Assembly (NCBI GenBank): GCA_026770705.1
Contig: JANJGN010000151.1
Span: 868,001-932,000 of the forward strand
DNA from: Isurus oxyrinchus
Taxonomy: Eukaryota
DNA: 64,000 nucleotides
Reading direction: 5' to 3'
Shown here: one piece after another, positions 41,401-53,918 of the stretch
How the letters are laid out: every line of letters starts with the position of its first letter
Numbering within the stretch: position 1 is the stretch's first letter
Position numbers and translations under genes: made by a program
Notes under the pieces: generated by a model
Told to the model about the DNA's origin: nothing
Database searches by the model: none
The model's input: the letters and a program-made list of their open reading frames with translations, nothing else

Positions 41401-41834
41401 ATTCTCTCGGTGTCCTGGGGCCACATTCCACCTTTAACAAACACCACCCAATGCAAACACATGCACCGACCTCCCAGTTTATCACTGTGGGGAAAGGAAT
41501 GCAACAGCACAACTGGCAGAAAGAAAAGCTCCCCTCCCCCACCCCTGTACCCCAGAATATTGTGGGAGGGGCTTTCACATCCTGATCACAATCCAAATGT
41601 AGAGTCAGAAAATTGCAGCCTCCTTTTATAAACCTGTCTCTTATTCACACAGCACTTAGCCACCTATCCGGGAACCATGCGGCCCATCAATGATCTCAGC
41701 GAAACTGCCCTGTACAAACAAACTCGAATCCCCTAAAATATTTCAGTCCAGCTCTGAGGTCCGGTTTCCCAGTGCACTCCAGGGCTGCGGTCTCCAGCTC
41801 CCCGTCATATAAACCCTCAGTTCCAGGCAGCAGA

Positions 41835-42317
41835 ATGATGGGAATCTTTCTTGTTTTCACCCTGTGTGAATGTTTACCCCGTGAGTACCGATCAAACAAA
41901 CCGACATTGTCTGGATTTAATAGTAAGCTGCCCGAGCCCATCCCAATTACAGACAATGTCTGGGGTTTAACCCCGTTCTGTGAATCTGCTCTGATGCTCC
42001 ATTAAACTCTCTCTGTTTAATTTCCAGGCTCTTTCAGTCAGTCAGTGACACAGACCCCGGCAGCGGTTACCAGGAAGGAGCGTCAGTCTCTCACCATCAC
42101 CTGTGTTTTCTATGGTGGTTTTTACGCTCGACATTTGACGGGCGGGGATTTCTTCAGAAAAACCCAGACCGGGACAGAGCGGGAGCGGATCTCCAGCGGA
42201 GGAAGATTTGTTGAGTCGTTGAATAAAGCACAAAATACATTTTCACTGGAAATTCGGGATGTGAGAGTTGAAGACACCGCCACCTATTTCTGTAAAGCTC
42301 AGTACGAGTACGAAGAA
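41835..42317 (+). CDS. NAR-TCR V (IgNAR-like V domain): open frame but non-canonical RSS (leader 41835-41880, V 42028-42317)
   Basis: SVTQTPAAVTRKERQSLTITC..FFRKTQTGTERERISSGGRFVESLNKAQNTFSLEIRDVRVEDTATYFCKA has the VNAR-type deleted CDR2 and CKA ending. RSS at 42318-42355: CATGGCG-22-ATAAAAACT. Confidence 0.88.
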
Positions 42318-42683
42318 CATGGCGACGGGTCTCGGTTTCCCGCGATATAAAAACTCTCACTGCAGATTATTACAGAATCAAATAAAAAAACGGAGTTAAT
42401 CTGCAGTTAAACCCCCCACGGTTCCGCCTCGCACCGCCTGCCCCACAGTCTAGTGTATAATGAGATTGGATTATTGCCGTTAACATCTTGAGTTTTATAA
42501 ATGTCGAGTGTGTGCGGATGGCGATGTCTTTGCCGGGATTGGTGTCAGTGAATGGGGATTGGGAATGACTAATCCCAGTTACAAACCTCTAACACCAGAT
42601 GTGATCCTGGTCTAACAGCTGGAACCGGGAACCGCAGTCCCAGCTGTTTACCTAGTATCCCCACAGCGCACCAAGTACCCAGG

Positions 42684-42756
42684 GGATTTCATGCTGACTT
42701 GTAACATTGTGTGTTTGGATGGGGAAGTCACAGTGGAAGAGACTTGAGCAAATATC
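42684..42756 (+). other. NAR-TCR D segment (core 42712-42728 TGTTTGGATGGGGAAGT) with 12/12 RSS
   Basis: GGATTTCAT-12-CATTGTG, core, CACAGTG-12-GCAAATATC. Confidence 0.85.
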
Positions 42757-43072
42757 TCTCCACAATCACAATATAAATTCTCCAGTCCCGGACAGTGAAT
42801 CGTCGGGTTGATGTTATTGTTGCTATAATCTGGTTACATTTCATTGTAATTTCCACCATTCAGTTATCTTTCTTTAATCATTTTTCTCGGTTTATATGAA
42901 GAGAACATTTCGTTCCCGGGACCATTTACTCAGAGCTCAGGGCCTCACAAAGAACAGTTTGAACAGACAGAGACTTTAAAATATTGAATATTGTTTATTT
43001 ATTTATATCCGCTGAATAATTGGGCAGTTTCTACTGTCTGATGACGATTCCCCAGTAGTTTGAGTTGTCGGT

Positions 43073-43160
43073 GGTTGTTGTACCAGGGACACTGAGAGTG
43101 GTGTCACTGTGGTGGGTTACTAAGTATTATTCTGTGGATGGACCCAGGACAGCTAGTAAT
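43073..43160 (+). pseudogene. NAR-TCR J segment with its 3' end deleted
   Basis: GGTTGTTGT-23-CACTGTG then ..SVDGPRTA. It lacks the VTATA-GTAAGT end present in the minus-strand paralog. Confidence 0.75.
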
Positions 43161-43989
43161 AACTCCAAACCTCGCCGGGTTACCGACTGTCCCTTGTAAT
43201 GTTCACCGTCAGTTTATTATTGATATCGGTTGGGTTTGGGGGGATGTGGAAGTTGACGGAATCTGGACCATTATTGGTTTAACGGGCACATTGGGGACAA
43301 CATCAACATCTCGGACTCTCACACTTTAAATCGCTTTTAATGAGAGCAGATTGTCGGCAATCCGGACTCCACTCCCAGTGTTAATTGTGACCGAGGGAGC
43401 TCTGCCTGTCCCTTAGAGCTGGGGAGCGGGGTGACAGATCTCTCTCCTGGGCAGCAGTTTGCAGTCCGAGCTGCGCAATGTGAATGAGGAACCGGGTGAA
43501 TAAACTCAACATAACTGCGGCCAGTTCGGATACCTGACCCAGGAGTAAAACAAGCAAGTGACACAATGGACTTCAGATATAAGAGGTCCTGATGTGGGTC
43601 TACATGGAATTTTATTATTGGATAATCAGTGACTGAAATTAGTGACAATGCCTCCGCCATTTGTTTCAATTGTCTTCAGAAAACCAATTACTTTCCTCCC
43701 TTTCTGACCTCAGACCGAAATGTGAAAGTTTGGAACTGCAGACACTTTATTATCTTGAATGTAGATGTTTGAGAGATGGGATTGCTGTAATTTTTCTGTA
43801 TCCCTGATTACTGTTAATGGAAACAACAAAATGCAGTGAGATAGTGAGGATAATGCATTAATCTTATAAAGGAGAACAAGAACATAGGGAACAATTATAA
43901 ACTGGGGCCATGTTCATTTAGAACCAGCAAGAAATAGTTCAGCGAAAGGGGATGAAGGATTATATGACCTCTGGGCGCCTTCCAAAGTA

Positions 43990-44560
43990 CAATCCGACCA
44001 CGTGGTGGGTGAGCTTTATGGAGGGAAGGACTGAGATAGACTGAAATGCTGTGTAAAGTTTTGGTCTCATTACTGAAGAGAGAACCATCTGCTTTGGAAG
44101 GAGTGCAACAAAGGCTCACCAGACTGATTCCTGAGATGAAGAGGTTGTCCATTGTGAAATGAGTGAGTAGTCTGGGCCTGTATTCCCTAGAGTTTTGGAG
44201 AATGAGAGGTGATCTAATGAAAAAATATAATATTCTTCAGGGACCTTGACTGGGCAGATACTGGGTCGCAGTTTCTCCAGGCTGAGGAGTATAGAACTCA
44301 GGGTCACAGCTTCAGAACAAAGGGTCATCCATTAGAACTGAGAAACGGAAAATAATCTTGAGAAGAACTATTGTTGTGAACCTGTGGCATTCTGTAACTC
44401 AGAGAGTGGTGGGTGTTCAGTATCACCGTGTATGCAAGGCAATATTCGACAGATTTTTGGATACTAACAGAATCAGGGGATATTGGGAGAATGCGGGAAT
44501 GTGATGTTGAGGTTGAAAATCAGCAACCATATTACTGAATGGCTGAGCATGTTTGAAAGG
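43990..44560 (+). mobile_element. Decayed CR1 LINE 3' fragment
   Basis: TTGGAAGGAGTGCAACAAAGG..AATGAGAGGTGATCTAAT..GGGTCACAGC motifs of the CR1 ORF2 end. Confidence 0.7.
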
Positions 44561-46001
44561 TGATCTGGCGCCTCCTGCTTCTATTCGATTCTCTACTTTG
44601 ATTTCCTATAGGCCTGAGGAAAGAAATCAGCAGCATTCCACATCTCTCTGGGAAGTTGAAGCCGGCTGGGCCTCTTTTTTCTGGACAAAAGGGAAACACT
44701 GGGAAAATTAATAGAAACCTTTCAAACAATGAGCGGTTTTAGTCTGGTGAAATTGTTTATTTGTGGCTGAGGCCAAAGCAATGGACCATCAAAATATTAA
44801 CAGGACAAAGAAGAATATTAAGACAAATAAATTTTAACAAAGACAAGTCAGAGTATGGAACTTGCTGTCCCAGGGAGTGCGTGCAGATATTACTGATATA
44901 TTTACGGAACAGACCGACCCAGGGAGCTGGATGGAAATGGTCAGTTAAGTTTCGGTGGGGATTTGGTTGGAATTGAGTCTATGCACAGGTTGAATGGCCC
45001 ATTCCTCTTTTGCGTTCTTTTTCCTCCATAATGTTAAAATTGAGGGAAAACTCCGCCCAGTGAACCCGGGAAAGAATCAGTTAACGTACGGAAAGAATTG
45101 AAATTGTTAGAGAGCCGGAAGAGGCAGTTCCCAGTGAGTAACAGTAAAACCACTGCGGAAACTGAACAAACTGAACCAAACAGACAACTGAGAGAGTTTG
45201 GGACAAGTTCCTACGATTGCAAAAAGCGCAAACAGCACAAAGTAAATGTGAAAAAAGGAAACGTGAAATAAAGTAAATAAAATTAAATTAATTGTAAATA
45301 TTTCAAATGAACTGAACTGCAGAAGATTGGACCCTATTGATAAAACTTAGAGAAATAGAGCACCAGGCCGAGAGAAATTCCTGAGCACTTATAAGCCGCA
45401 GGAAATGATTGACCTTTGGCCCCTGATGTTTGGCTTTGGCCCAATTGGTGCTGATGATTCCCATCAGTTTGTGTTGGGTCTTGTTGTGATGTCACACAGC
45501 TGTATTTCTCTCCAACAAACATTTTTTTTTTTGGAAATCGGTTGCCTCATTGATCATAAAATATTCCCTCGGGTTTGTCTCTCACTAGGGATAATACACA
45601 CAGGGATGTAATTTTATTCATAGAATTATCCGGCCCATCGTGTAGGCGCCGACGCTTTAGAAGTGGAAACCAATTGTTCCTACGGCCCATTAACTTTCTC
45701 CATCGTTCTATATTTTTATTTACATTTCCAGTACAGATCCATTACCTGCTTCAAAGTTACAATGGAATCTGCTCCCACCACCAATTCAAACGGTGCATTC
45801 TTCATGAGGAGAATTCGCTATGGAAAAAAAATCACTTCATTCCCTACTTTATCATATCTTAATAACAGTGAATACGGTTCAAACAGGCTTCAAACGAATA
45901 AAATTACCACAAAAAGCAGAGCTATTCAAGCGATCGACAATTTCTCCTGGACAAACAGTGGATAAACAAAAAGATAATGTTCATTTTTTTTGATTCTTCA
46001 G

Positions 46002-46346
46002 ATTCCAGTTCCATGATTTCCCGGGATCCGCCAGTACAAACCTCTGCAGCCTGTGACACCATTACTTTAAACTATGAATATTCAGGGTTCTGTCCGTACA
46101 CAGTACACTGGTATCGTCTGTCACCCGGACAGGCTCCGGAATATCTGCTTCAGAGACACACTTCAGGAGAGGAGAATAAAGAAAACGCCATCGAGGGGAG
46201 AATTTCTGCTTCTATCGAATCCGTCGAGAAAATCAGCCGGTTAATGATCTCCAAACTACAACGGAGCAACTCCGCTGTGTCTTACTGTGCACTGAGTTGG
46301 CGTGCAGCACAGTGATACAGAGCATGGAGAGAGCTGTAGAAAAGCC
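46002..46346 (+). pseudogene. Leaderless NAR-TCR supporting TCR-delta V, C23 mutated to Y
   Basis: Splice acceptor TTCTTCAG with no leader exon found upstream. CDR1 cysteine (GFCPY), WYRL and SAVSYCALS present. RSS CACAGTG-23-AGAAAAGCC. Confidence 0.82.
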
Positions 46347-46685
46347 TGAACATGGTGGGATTGCAGAAGGACCAACAGTAGCTGAATCTCCTTCAACGCT
46401 CGTGCAATAGCCTACGGGATGGTACCAACTGCTCTCAACACACAGCCCCCCTCCCTCCTCCCCACCCCGTGATGTTAACCTGGGTCCACCCTTACCCCCT
46501 TTCCCATTCTGTCAGTATCGCCCTGTTTTCTCCTCCTGGATATTCAGGGATTTGTACCCTCCCCAATGCACCCAGGACCGCATAATAAAGTCATGTCCCG
46601 TGTATTCACCGGCCTGATCCATCTCCCAGACAAGGGAGCAGCTTTGCCCAGAGATGTGGAGGGGGTGGGTAACATGGATCTTGTG

Positions 46686-46744
46686 ATCAGGTTTAACCAC
46701 GTGCAACATACGGAACAACGGGACCAGGTTGATTGTGGAAACCA
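46686..46744 (+). pseudogene. Possible degenerate TCR J
   Basis: NGTRLIVET plus A then a GTAATT donor in the usual J phase; the FG motif and RSS are decayed. Confidence 0.35.
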
Positions 46745-48186
46745 GTAATTCGGTCATTGTGGATCACTCCACATCTTTTATTTATTTAATTTTCATTCTC
46801 TTTCCCTCCTCTGAACTGACTTAGATGTTAAGTCACGGCGTTATTTCATGTGTCAGTGATGCAAACGGGATTTGGGGTGAGGAGCTGTCGTTGGGAGTCA
46901 GATGGGGGTGGGTGCGAGGGAGGGGGTGCTGATTGACTGGATCCATCCCAGAAAGTAGATGCCAACCCTTGTGCATCGCGATTCCAATGGTCCCCCCCCC
47001 CCCACTCCCCCAAGGCTTTAACAGGCCTTTAATCACCAAGTCAGGCATTNNNNNNNNNNNNNNNNNNNNNNNNNNNNNNNNNNNNNNNNNNNNNNNNNNN
47101 NNNNNNNNNNNNNNNNNNNNNNNNNNNNNNNNNNNNNNNNNNNNNNNNNNNNNNNNNNNNNNNNNNNNNNNNNNNNNNNNNNNNNNNNNCTGGCGGGGGA
47201 AGTTTCACTTGAACTGGGGGGTTGCGCACTGCACTGGTTAAGGGCTCCAGTCTCGAAATATTCGAAGCTTCAATGTCCCCAAAGTACACGGTCAGTCAGG
47301 GTTCGGTGTGGGGGTCGTGGGATGGTACAGCCTGGACGGTGGGAACCATTAAGGACATAATAAATAGGAGCAGCATTGAGCAGTTCAATAAGATCATGAT
47401 TGAGATTCGACCTCAATGTCCTCTTGGCCTGTCCCAATATCATTGATCCCTTCAGCGCCACCTCCCAAAAAATCTATCCATCACCAAATGAAAATCCATC
47501 AGTCACCATTTTGAATATGGGCATCTGCTGAACATCCTGAACCCTCTGGGCTGGAGAATTGCAAAGGCCCCCAGCCCTCTGAGTGAAGGGATATCTCCTC
47601 AACTTTAGCCAAAATGGCCGACTTATTACCCTGAGACGAGGACCAGAGTATTTAAAGTGCCATTTGAAGGTGTTAGTTGTTTTGTGTGTGTATGCGTGTG
47701 CCTGTGTCTGAATTCTAATGTTAAGGAGACTCCGTGAAATTAGAAGTCATGTTTATGTTGCATTGTGTAATGTGGCCCAAAACCCTATGCTCCATTAACC
47801 CAGGCAGCCATATATTGCATCAAATATCGCAGTGTCGAGGAACAGTTGCCGATGGTGGGGTGGGGAATGTACATTGTCTTTGCTTCCAATTCTACTGAAA
47901 CCCCACTTGCAGCATATTTGTAATGCGTTGAGTATTTCGTTTGAAAGTAAAAAAGAGGATTCATCCAACCCTCTGCCTCGCTTGGATTTGTCAATTGGGA
48001 AATTGCGGCCATGATTTCTTATGGTGTGAAATTGAAGGAGAGCTGCGAATCATTTCCAAGATTGCAGGGTTTGAGGATTAACTGTTTAACCCAAGCAAAT
48101 TGCAGAAAATAGCATTATGTGGTGGGACGTGGTGAACTGGCCAGAAGAGTGCCGAAAGCCATTTGAAGTTTATTGGCGTGTCATTG

Positions 48187-48275
48187 AGTTTTCAGATCGA
48201 GTTTTGTCATTGTGTATTCGAATGTTTTTAGACCATTAATATTCGGAACAGGAACCAAACTGACCGAGGAACTCA
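48187..48275 (+). other. TCR J segment (delta/alpha type), coding 48215-48275
   Basis: AGTTTTCAG-12-CATTGTG, then YSNVFRPLIFGTGTKLTEEL plus A and a GTGAGT donor. Confidence 0.85.
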
Positions 48276-48334
48276 GTGAGTATAACCTGTTGGTATCTAT
48301 TTGAGAAGACTCATTCAGCAAACAGAAATTATTG

Positions 48335-49270
48335 CAAAAAGGGGCGGCGGGGGGCGGGGGGCGGGGGGCGGTGAATTTCAAACTGCCGTCCAGAATGATG
48401 AGCCTGGGGAATTTATTTGCGGGGTGGGGTGGGGGGGGGGGAAGGGTGGTAATTTGTGGAGGGGAGAATTTGGGCCTGGGGGGTAAATTTGCGGGGGGTA
48501 AATTTGCACGATGTGGAATTTGCGGGGTGACAGAATCTGCAGGGGGAATTTACAAAGGTGGAAAATTGCGGGGAGAGAGAATTTGCACGGGGGGGAAACT
48601 TGCACATGGGGGAAATTTGCATGGGTTGAATTTGTGGGTGTGGAATTTGCACAGGAGGGAATTTGCCGGGCGGGAAGACATTTGTACAAGGAGAAATTTA
48701 AGGTGGGGGAAATTTTCACAGTGGAAAATTTGTGAGGGGGGAGTTTGCACAGAGGGAAAATCGCACTAGGGAATTTGCAGCGGGGAGATAATCTGGAGGG
48801 GTAAATTTGCAGTGGCAAACTTGCAAGTTGGGAAATTTGCAGGGGGAAATTTTTCAGGGGGAGTAAATTTGCATGGGGGAGAAATTTGCGGGAGGTGGAA
48901 ATTTGCACAGGGCCAATTTGCGGGGAGAGAATTTTGCATGGGGGGAAACTGTGGGGCTGCAAAGGAGAATAGAACCTACAGGGGCTGAATTTGCGGAGGG
49001 GAATTTGTGGGGAAGTAAGTTTGCACAGTTTGTAATTTGCACAGAGCGGAATGTGCGGGGGGAGGTCGAAATTGTGGATGTGGTATTTGCACATGAGGGA
49101 ATTTGCATAGGGTGGAAGTTGCAGGTTGGGGAAATTTGCACATGGAGGATTTTGCCGCGGGGGAGGGTGGATTTGTGGGGTAGAAAGAACCTGCAAAGGG
49201 GATTTTGCACTGGTGGAAAACTGCGGGGAGGGGGACTTTGCAAGGGCGAGAATTTGCAGGGGCGTAAATC
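48335..49270 (+). repeat. Degenerate G-rich minisatellite with GGGG(R)AATTTGC(A/G) units
   Basis: Dozens of imperfect units with strong G skew on the + strand. Confidence 0.9.
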
Positions 49271-50010
49271 TGTGGGAGAGAAAGAAAAAATAGAGATAGA
49301 AGAAAGAGAAAAAGAGACATAGAAGGAGAGACAGAGAAAGAAGAAAGAGAAAGAAAGAGACAGAGAGAAAGGGAGAGAGAGACAGAGAGAAAGAAAGAGA
49401 GAGACAGAGGAAAAGAGACAGAGAGAGAAGATGCTCAATTGAAAGAGAGAGATAGAAGCAGAAAGGCAGAGAAAACTATAGACTTGTCCTAAAATAGACG
49501 TGCATCTGACGAATGAGGGCTTGTGGTGTGACCAGCAAGAGGGTTAGGGTGTGACAAACAGAATAATAAATTAGGTGGGTTGTCGGATGGATAAGTTGTT
49601 GGATGAACANNNNNNNNNNNNNNNNNNNNNNNNNNNNNNNNNNNNNNNNNNNNNNNNNNNNNNNNNNNNNNNNNNNNNNNNNNNNNNNNNNNNNNNNNNN
49701 NNNNNNNNNNNNNNNNNNNNNNNNNNNNNNNNNNNNNNNNNNNNNNNNNATGGATGCATGCACAGATGGACGTATGGGCTGATGGACTTTTGGATGGGTG
49801 GGCGGGTGGACAGATGGACTGAAGGAAGGAGGGACAGGTGGATGGGCGGATGGATGGATGGACGGAGAGGAGGATGGATGGATGGATGGATGGATGAAAG
49901 GGGAGATGGATAGAAGGGCGGCCTGATGCATGAATGGATGGCTGGATGTGCGGGCGGATGCAAAGGGGTGAAAGTGAATGACGGCTGGATAGATGGATGG
50001 ACCTCATCAA
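49270..50010 (+). repeat. GA-rich tract and (TGGA)n-like microsatellite around an N gap
   Basis: Visible low-complexity sequence. Confidence 0.85.
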
Positions 50011-50259
50011 TTGTTCATTTTAATTTAGATGAAGCTTACAACTGCTTTCCTTAAACTTCGGTACTTGGGCCAGTGATGTATGCATAATAATTATTTGTAA
50101 ACCGTAATCCAATAAGCATATTAATGTAATAACTTATCCCTGGTATAGTTGGTTCAGGCTTTGCAGATGACGGGGATCTCACTTTGTAATAAACAATGGG
50201 GCAAACGTAACAAACTTCAGGAGGACATGGACATTTCAATTTGCCTGGACTGTATCAGA

Positions 50260-51010
50260 TGGTATTTGTGAAATGATGCATTTTGGTGGGAATAATGAGG
50301 ATATCCGATATAAACTAAATGATGCAATTTGATCAGCGCTGTAGGAACAGAGAGATGGATACGGTGCAATGTGCTCAAAACTTTGAAGTTGGCAGTGATG
50401 GCTGAGAATCCTGTAAAGAACATTTTAAGTTCTTGCTTTTATCAAGAGGAAAAAGATGTTATGCTAAACATTTCTACAAAGCTGGTAAGGTCTCAGTTGG
50501 ACTGTTATTTACGAATATCTGAACCACACACGATAAATGATTTGAGGGTCTTGGAGAAGGTGCGGGAGTGATTTACTTGGAAGGCACAACTGATGAGGGG
50601 CTTTAGCTTTGTGGTGAGACTGGAGAATCTGTGGCTGTTCTCTGTACAACGTAAAAGATTGGGAGGAGATTTGTTTGCGATATTGACAATTATTAACTGT
50701 TTTAGTTGAATAAATGAGGGAAGTTGCATCTAGTGGCGGAAAGCTCCATAATCAGAGGACTTGGATTTAAATTCATTTACAAAAGAATCAGAGGGAATCC
50801 GAGCAGCCATTTATTTGCACTCTGAGTTGTTGTGCTGCGGAATAAGCTGCTGGATATGTTGGTGGAAGCAGCTTCAATATCAAATGTCAAAAACTGCTTG
50901 AAATAGGAAATTTTGCAAGGCAAAGGGGAGCAAACAGTGGAGTGGGAACAATTTGGTGCCCCTACCAAAGAGGCTACATAGACATGATGTGCTGTATGGC
51001 CTCATTCGAT
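50260..51010 (+). mobile_element. Old CR1 LINE fragment
   Basis: KDVMLNISTKLVRSQLDCY..LEKV resembles the CR1 ORF2 C-terminus. Confidence 0.6.
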
Positions 51011-51099
51011 GATGGTGTGATGAAGGAAAGGAACGAGCATTCATTGATGTCTCTAGGACCTAAACATCCATTTGTGTTCTGTTCATTGAATATTCGAAG

Positions 51100-51443
51100 G
51101 TCTGTGATGCTCAAATATAATGAAGCAACCTGCATCATCAGTATTATGTATAGTGGAAGGACATATGGTGTTGCCCTGTTCATACTCCACGGACAGCCGC
51201 CGATATGATCTGTTCTAGCACAGAAAAAGAACGGGGGAGGCGCCGGTGCTTTTAATCAAAATGAATTCTGAGGGAGGGCAGGAAGCAGGGCGTGTTGGAG
51301 GCCCAGTCTATTCAATACCCCGAGTATCTGACCGTTTTTTCAGCTTACCCCTGACAGGTGTTGAGCTGAGTGCCAGTGGGATTTTCTATTGTGTGCTGAA
51401 TATTCGCAGTGATACAAACTAATACAGGCCCTGTACGGAAACT
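51100..51443 (+). pseudogene. Divergent TCR V pseudogene not captured by the ORF track
   Basis: EGHMVLPCSYSTDSRRYDLF*HRKRTGEAPVLLIKM..SLPLTGVELSASGIFYCVLNI. RSS CGCAGTG-23-ACGGAAACT. Confidence 0.8.
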
Positions 51444-53918
51444 ATCGTTGGGTTGCCATATAACCTCAATGATGGGAGTTCAGTGTGTGAACTCTGAATC
51501 TTCGCCTCTGAAAGAACCAGTAACTTCCGATTGGAAACAGTGAAAGTAGAGCCTGTTATAGGGAAAGCGAAAGCCAAGGAAAGTAGAAAGAAAGAGAAAA
51601 AGTGAGAGACAGAGAGAGAGAAAGAGAGGAAAATATGCCGAGACACTGAAAGATACAGAGGATGGAGACAAAGATTGACGCAGAGAGCAGAAAGTGTGTG
51701 CGTGAGAGAGAGAAAGAGAGAGGGAGGGTGAGACTGCGAGAGACAACGGAGGGAGGCACAGGCAAAACCAGAGATTTAAATGGAGAAGGAGAAAGCGATT
51801 GACAAAGCGTGAGAGGGGCAGACAGAGAAAGGGACAGATATAGAAAGATATAGAAGCAGAAAGAAACAGACAGACAAAGAGAGAGAGAGTCCGCAGCTTA
51901 TTCTATAAAACCCTCAGCTTCAGTTATTGATTTCCAGCTAATTGTGCTTTAATTTTGTCCCATTGTGTGATTTCAATGTGACTAAATCCGGTTCTACTGA
52001 TCAACGGACATCGAGCTGTCGGCAACCGCACTGCAGGAACCGCTCGTTTTACTTTGATGTTTGAAATAAGGAAACTGAACAGTGAAAACGGTTAAAAGCT
52101 GCACGTTTCTCAGGCACTGGGGTTAGAAGGTTAGAAAACTGTGGTTATTGAGAGCGGCAGCCTCTAGCATTCCCCCTCACCTCCTTTTATTTATTAGTTG
52201 TTCTTATTGAACTATGAGAAAATGGGGAGATGTAGCACAGAAATAGAAGGGGTTCATACACCCGCCCATTTTATGTCATTGCTTTGTTAAACACTACTGT
52301 ATTTAATGTTTTTAATCAATTGCCTTCAATTAAATCCCATTTGTCTTCAAGCACCAATTTTCCAAGATTGCCTTTTAAACCCCTCAACTCATCCCTCATT
52401 GTCACACACTCTGCCAAAATGTCTTTGTTTACATAAATTGCTCGTTATTTCCCTGTCAGTCCAACATTCTCTCTTTCTGTGTATCTGAATCTCCCCCTCT
52501 CTGCATCTCTCTCCATCGGAAAAACCTATCTCTGCATCTGAAGACATAATATTTCGGTATAGGAACAGGAGGAGGCCATTCAGCCCCTCGAGTCTGCTCG
52601 ACATTTACTAAGAGAATCTTTGATCTGCCCAAGAACTTCAGTACCTTACCTCCATTTTCCTTAATCAGCAAAAGTGGGAGCAGCACTGGTAAAGAAACTC
52701 GCAGAAATGGAGTTCAAACGCACATGAGCACTCATGTATTCAATTTTATGTTAATTTTCTCAATCACTGGACCATCCTGCTTCACTGGAATTACCTGCCC
52801 AGCGTTCAATCAACTAGATGATTAGTTGGTTTCAAAACTTATTCTACCCCTAACCCCATCTCAAAGCATTACTACGTTATGGTCAGCAATGCCCAGATTT
52901 TCTTCTGGCTTTACTTCTCACCCTAATTTGTTTCACTCCCCGTTACCTTGCTGTTCTTCGTTTTTTTGCATTTTGCTTTATAAAGACAACAGTGCACCCT
53001 GTGGGAACTCTATTCCCTTAGTCCCTTTACATACTTCTGGTGAAGTAATACTAGGTAGTGCACGCACTATTATTAATATTCTGTTTACTACGTTCCTCAA
53101 TTTGTCTGCATATTTCTTTCTTCAACTCCGTTCAAGACGCAAATCAATTCAGAGATAGAGATATGGAAATAAAGAGCTACAGAGTGGCACAAAGACACTC
53201 AAAGAGAGCGAGAAAAATGGAAAAGGAGAGAGAGAGAGACACCGAGAGAGAGAAGGTCCAAATACTGAGGTTTAATATAACAGTTAACACTGCGCTCAGG
53301 TTGTGAATTCAGTCCCATCTTCCGGCTCTGATTTGCAATAGAGAAAGAAAAAAAGCATGCATTTATAAAGCGCCTTTCATGACATCAGAACTTCACAAAA
53401 CACTTAACAGTCAAAAAAGGCTCTAGAGTGTCTTTATGTGGGAAACATGACAGGCAATTTACACACGGAAAGCTTCCATAAACAACAAGGTGAGAATGAC
53501 CTGGTGATCTACTTCTGTGATGTTGATTTGAGGGCGGGGGTGGTGTTGGTTGGGTAGGAGGGGGGGGATGAAAATTGATATACAACCTGTCAGTCAGTCA
53601 TCGAAGCTACCATTTCCACTCATGCCTCGCAGAGATGTAAATTCCTGCGCATGTTTCAGATGGTTCCCTCATGTAACTCGACTGTTCACGCGGAGGGTGT
53701 GTTGTGTCCCATACTATGTGGTCCAGGATTTATGAAGTTACTGTTGTGGGCCTGAGACTCTGTTGTTATTGTGTTTCTTATTTTGATAACATGTTGCCTT
53801 ACCTGTTTGACACCGATATTCATGACCATTCAACCCACTGAGGAAATGGGGCCCTTGTTTCAGGATCCACCGGGCATCATGGTGAGTTATGGAGGCATTG
53901 TAATCCCCACCATGTTCA

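Noticed and set aside
48332-50010. Long ORFs (up to 272 aa) in the ORF track
   Set aside because: They arise from low-complexity repeats and N gaps; the same applies to 20567-21250.
52545-52600. FGIGT as a J segment
   Set aside because: It overlaps the CR1 3'-end motif ATAGGAACAGGAGGAGGCCATTCAGCCC and has no RSS or donor.
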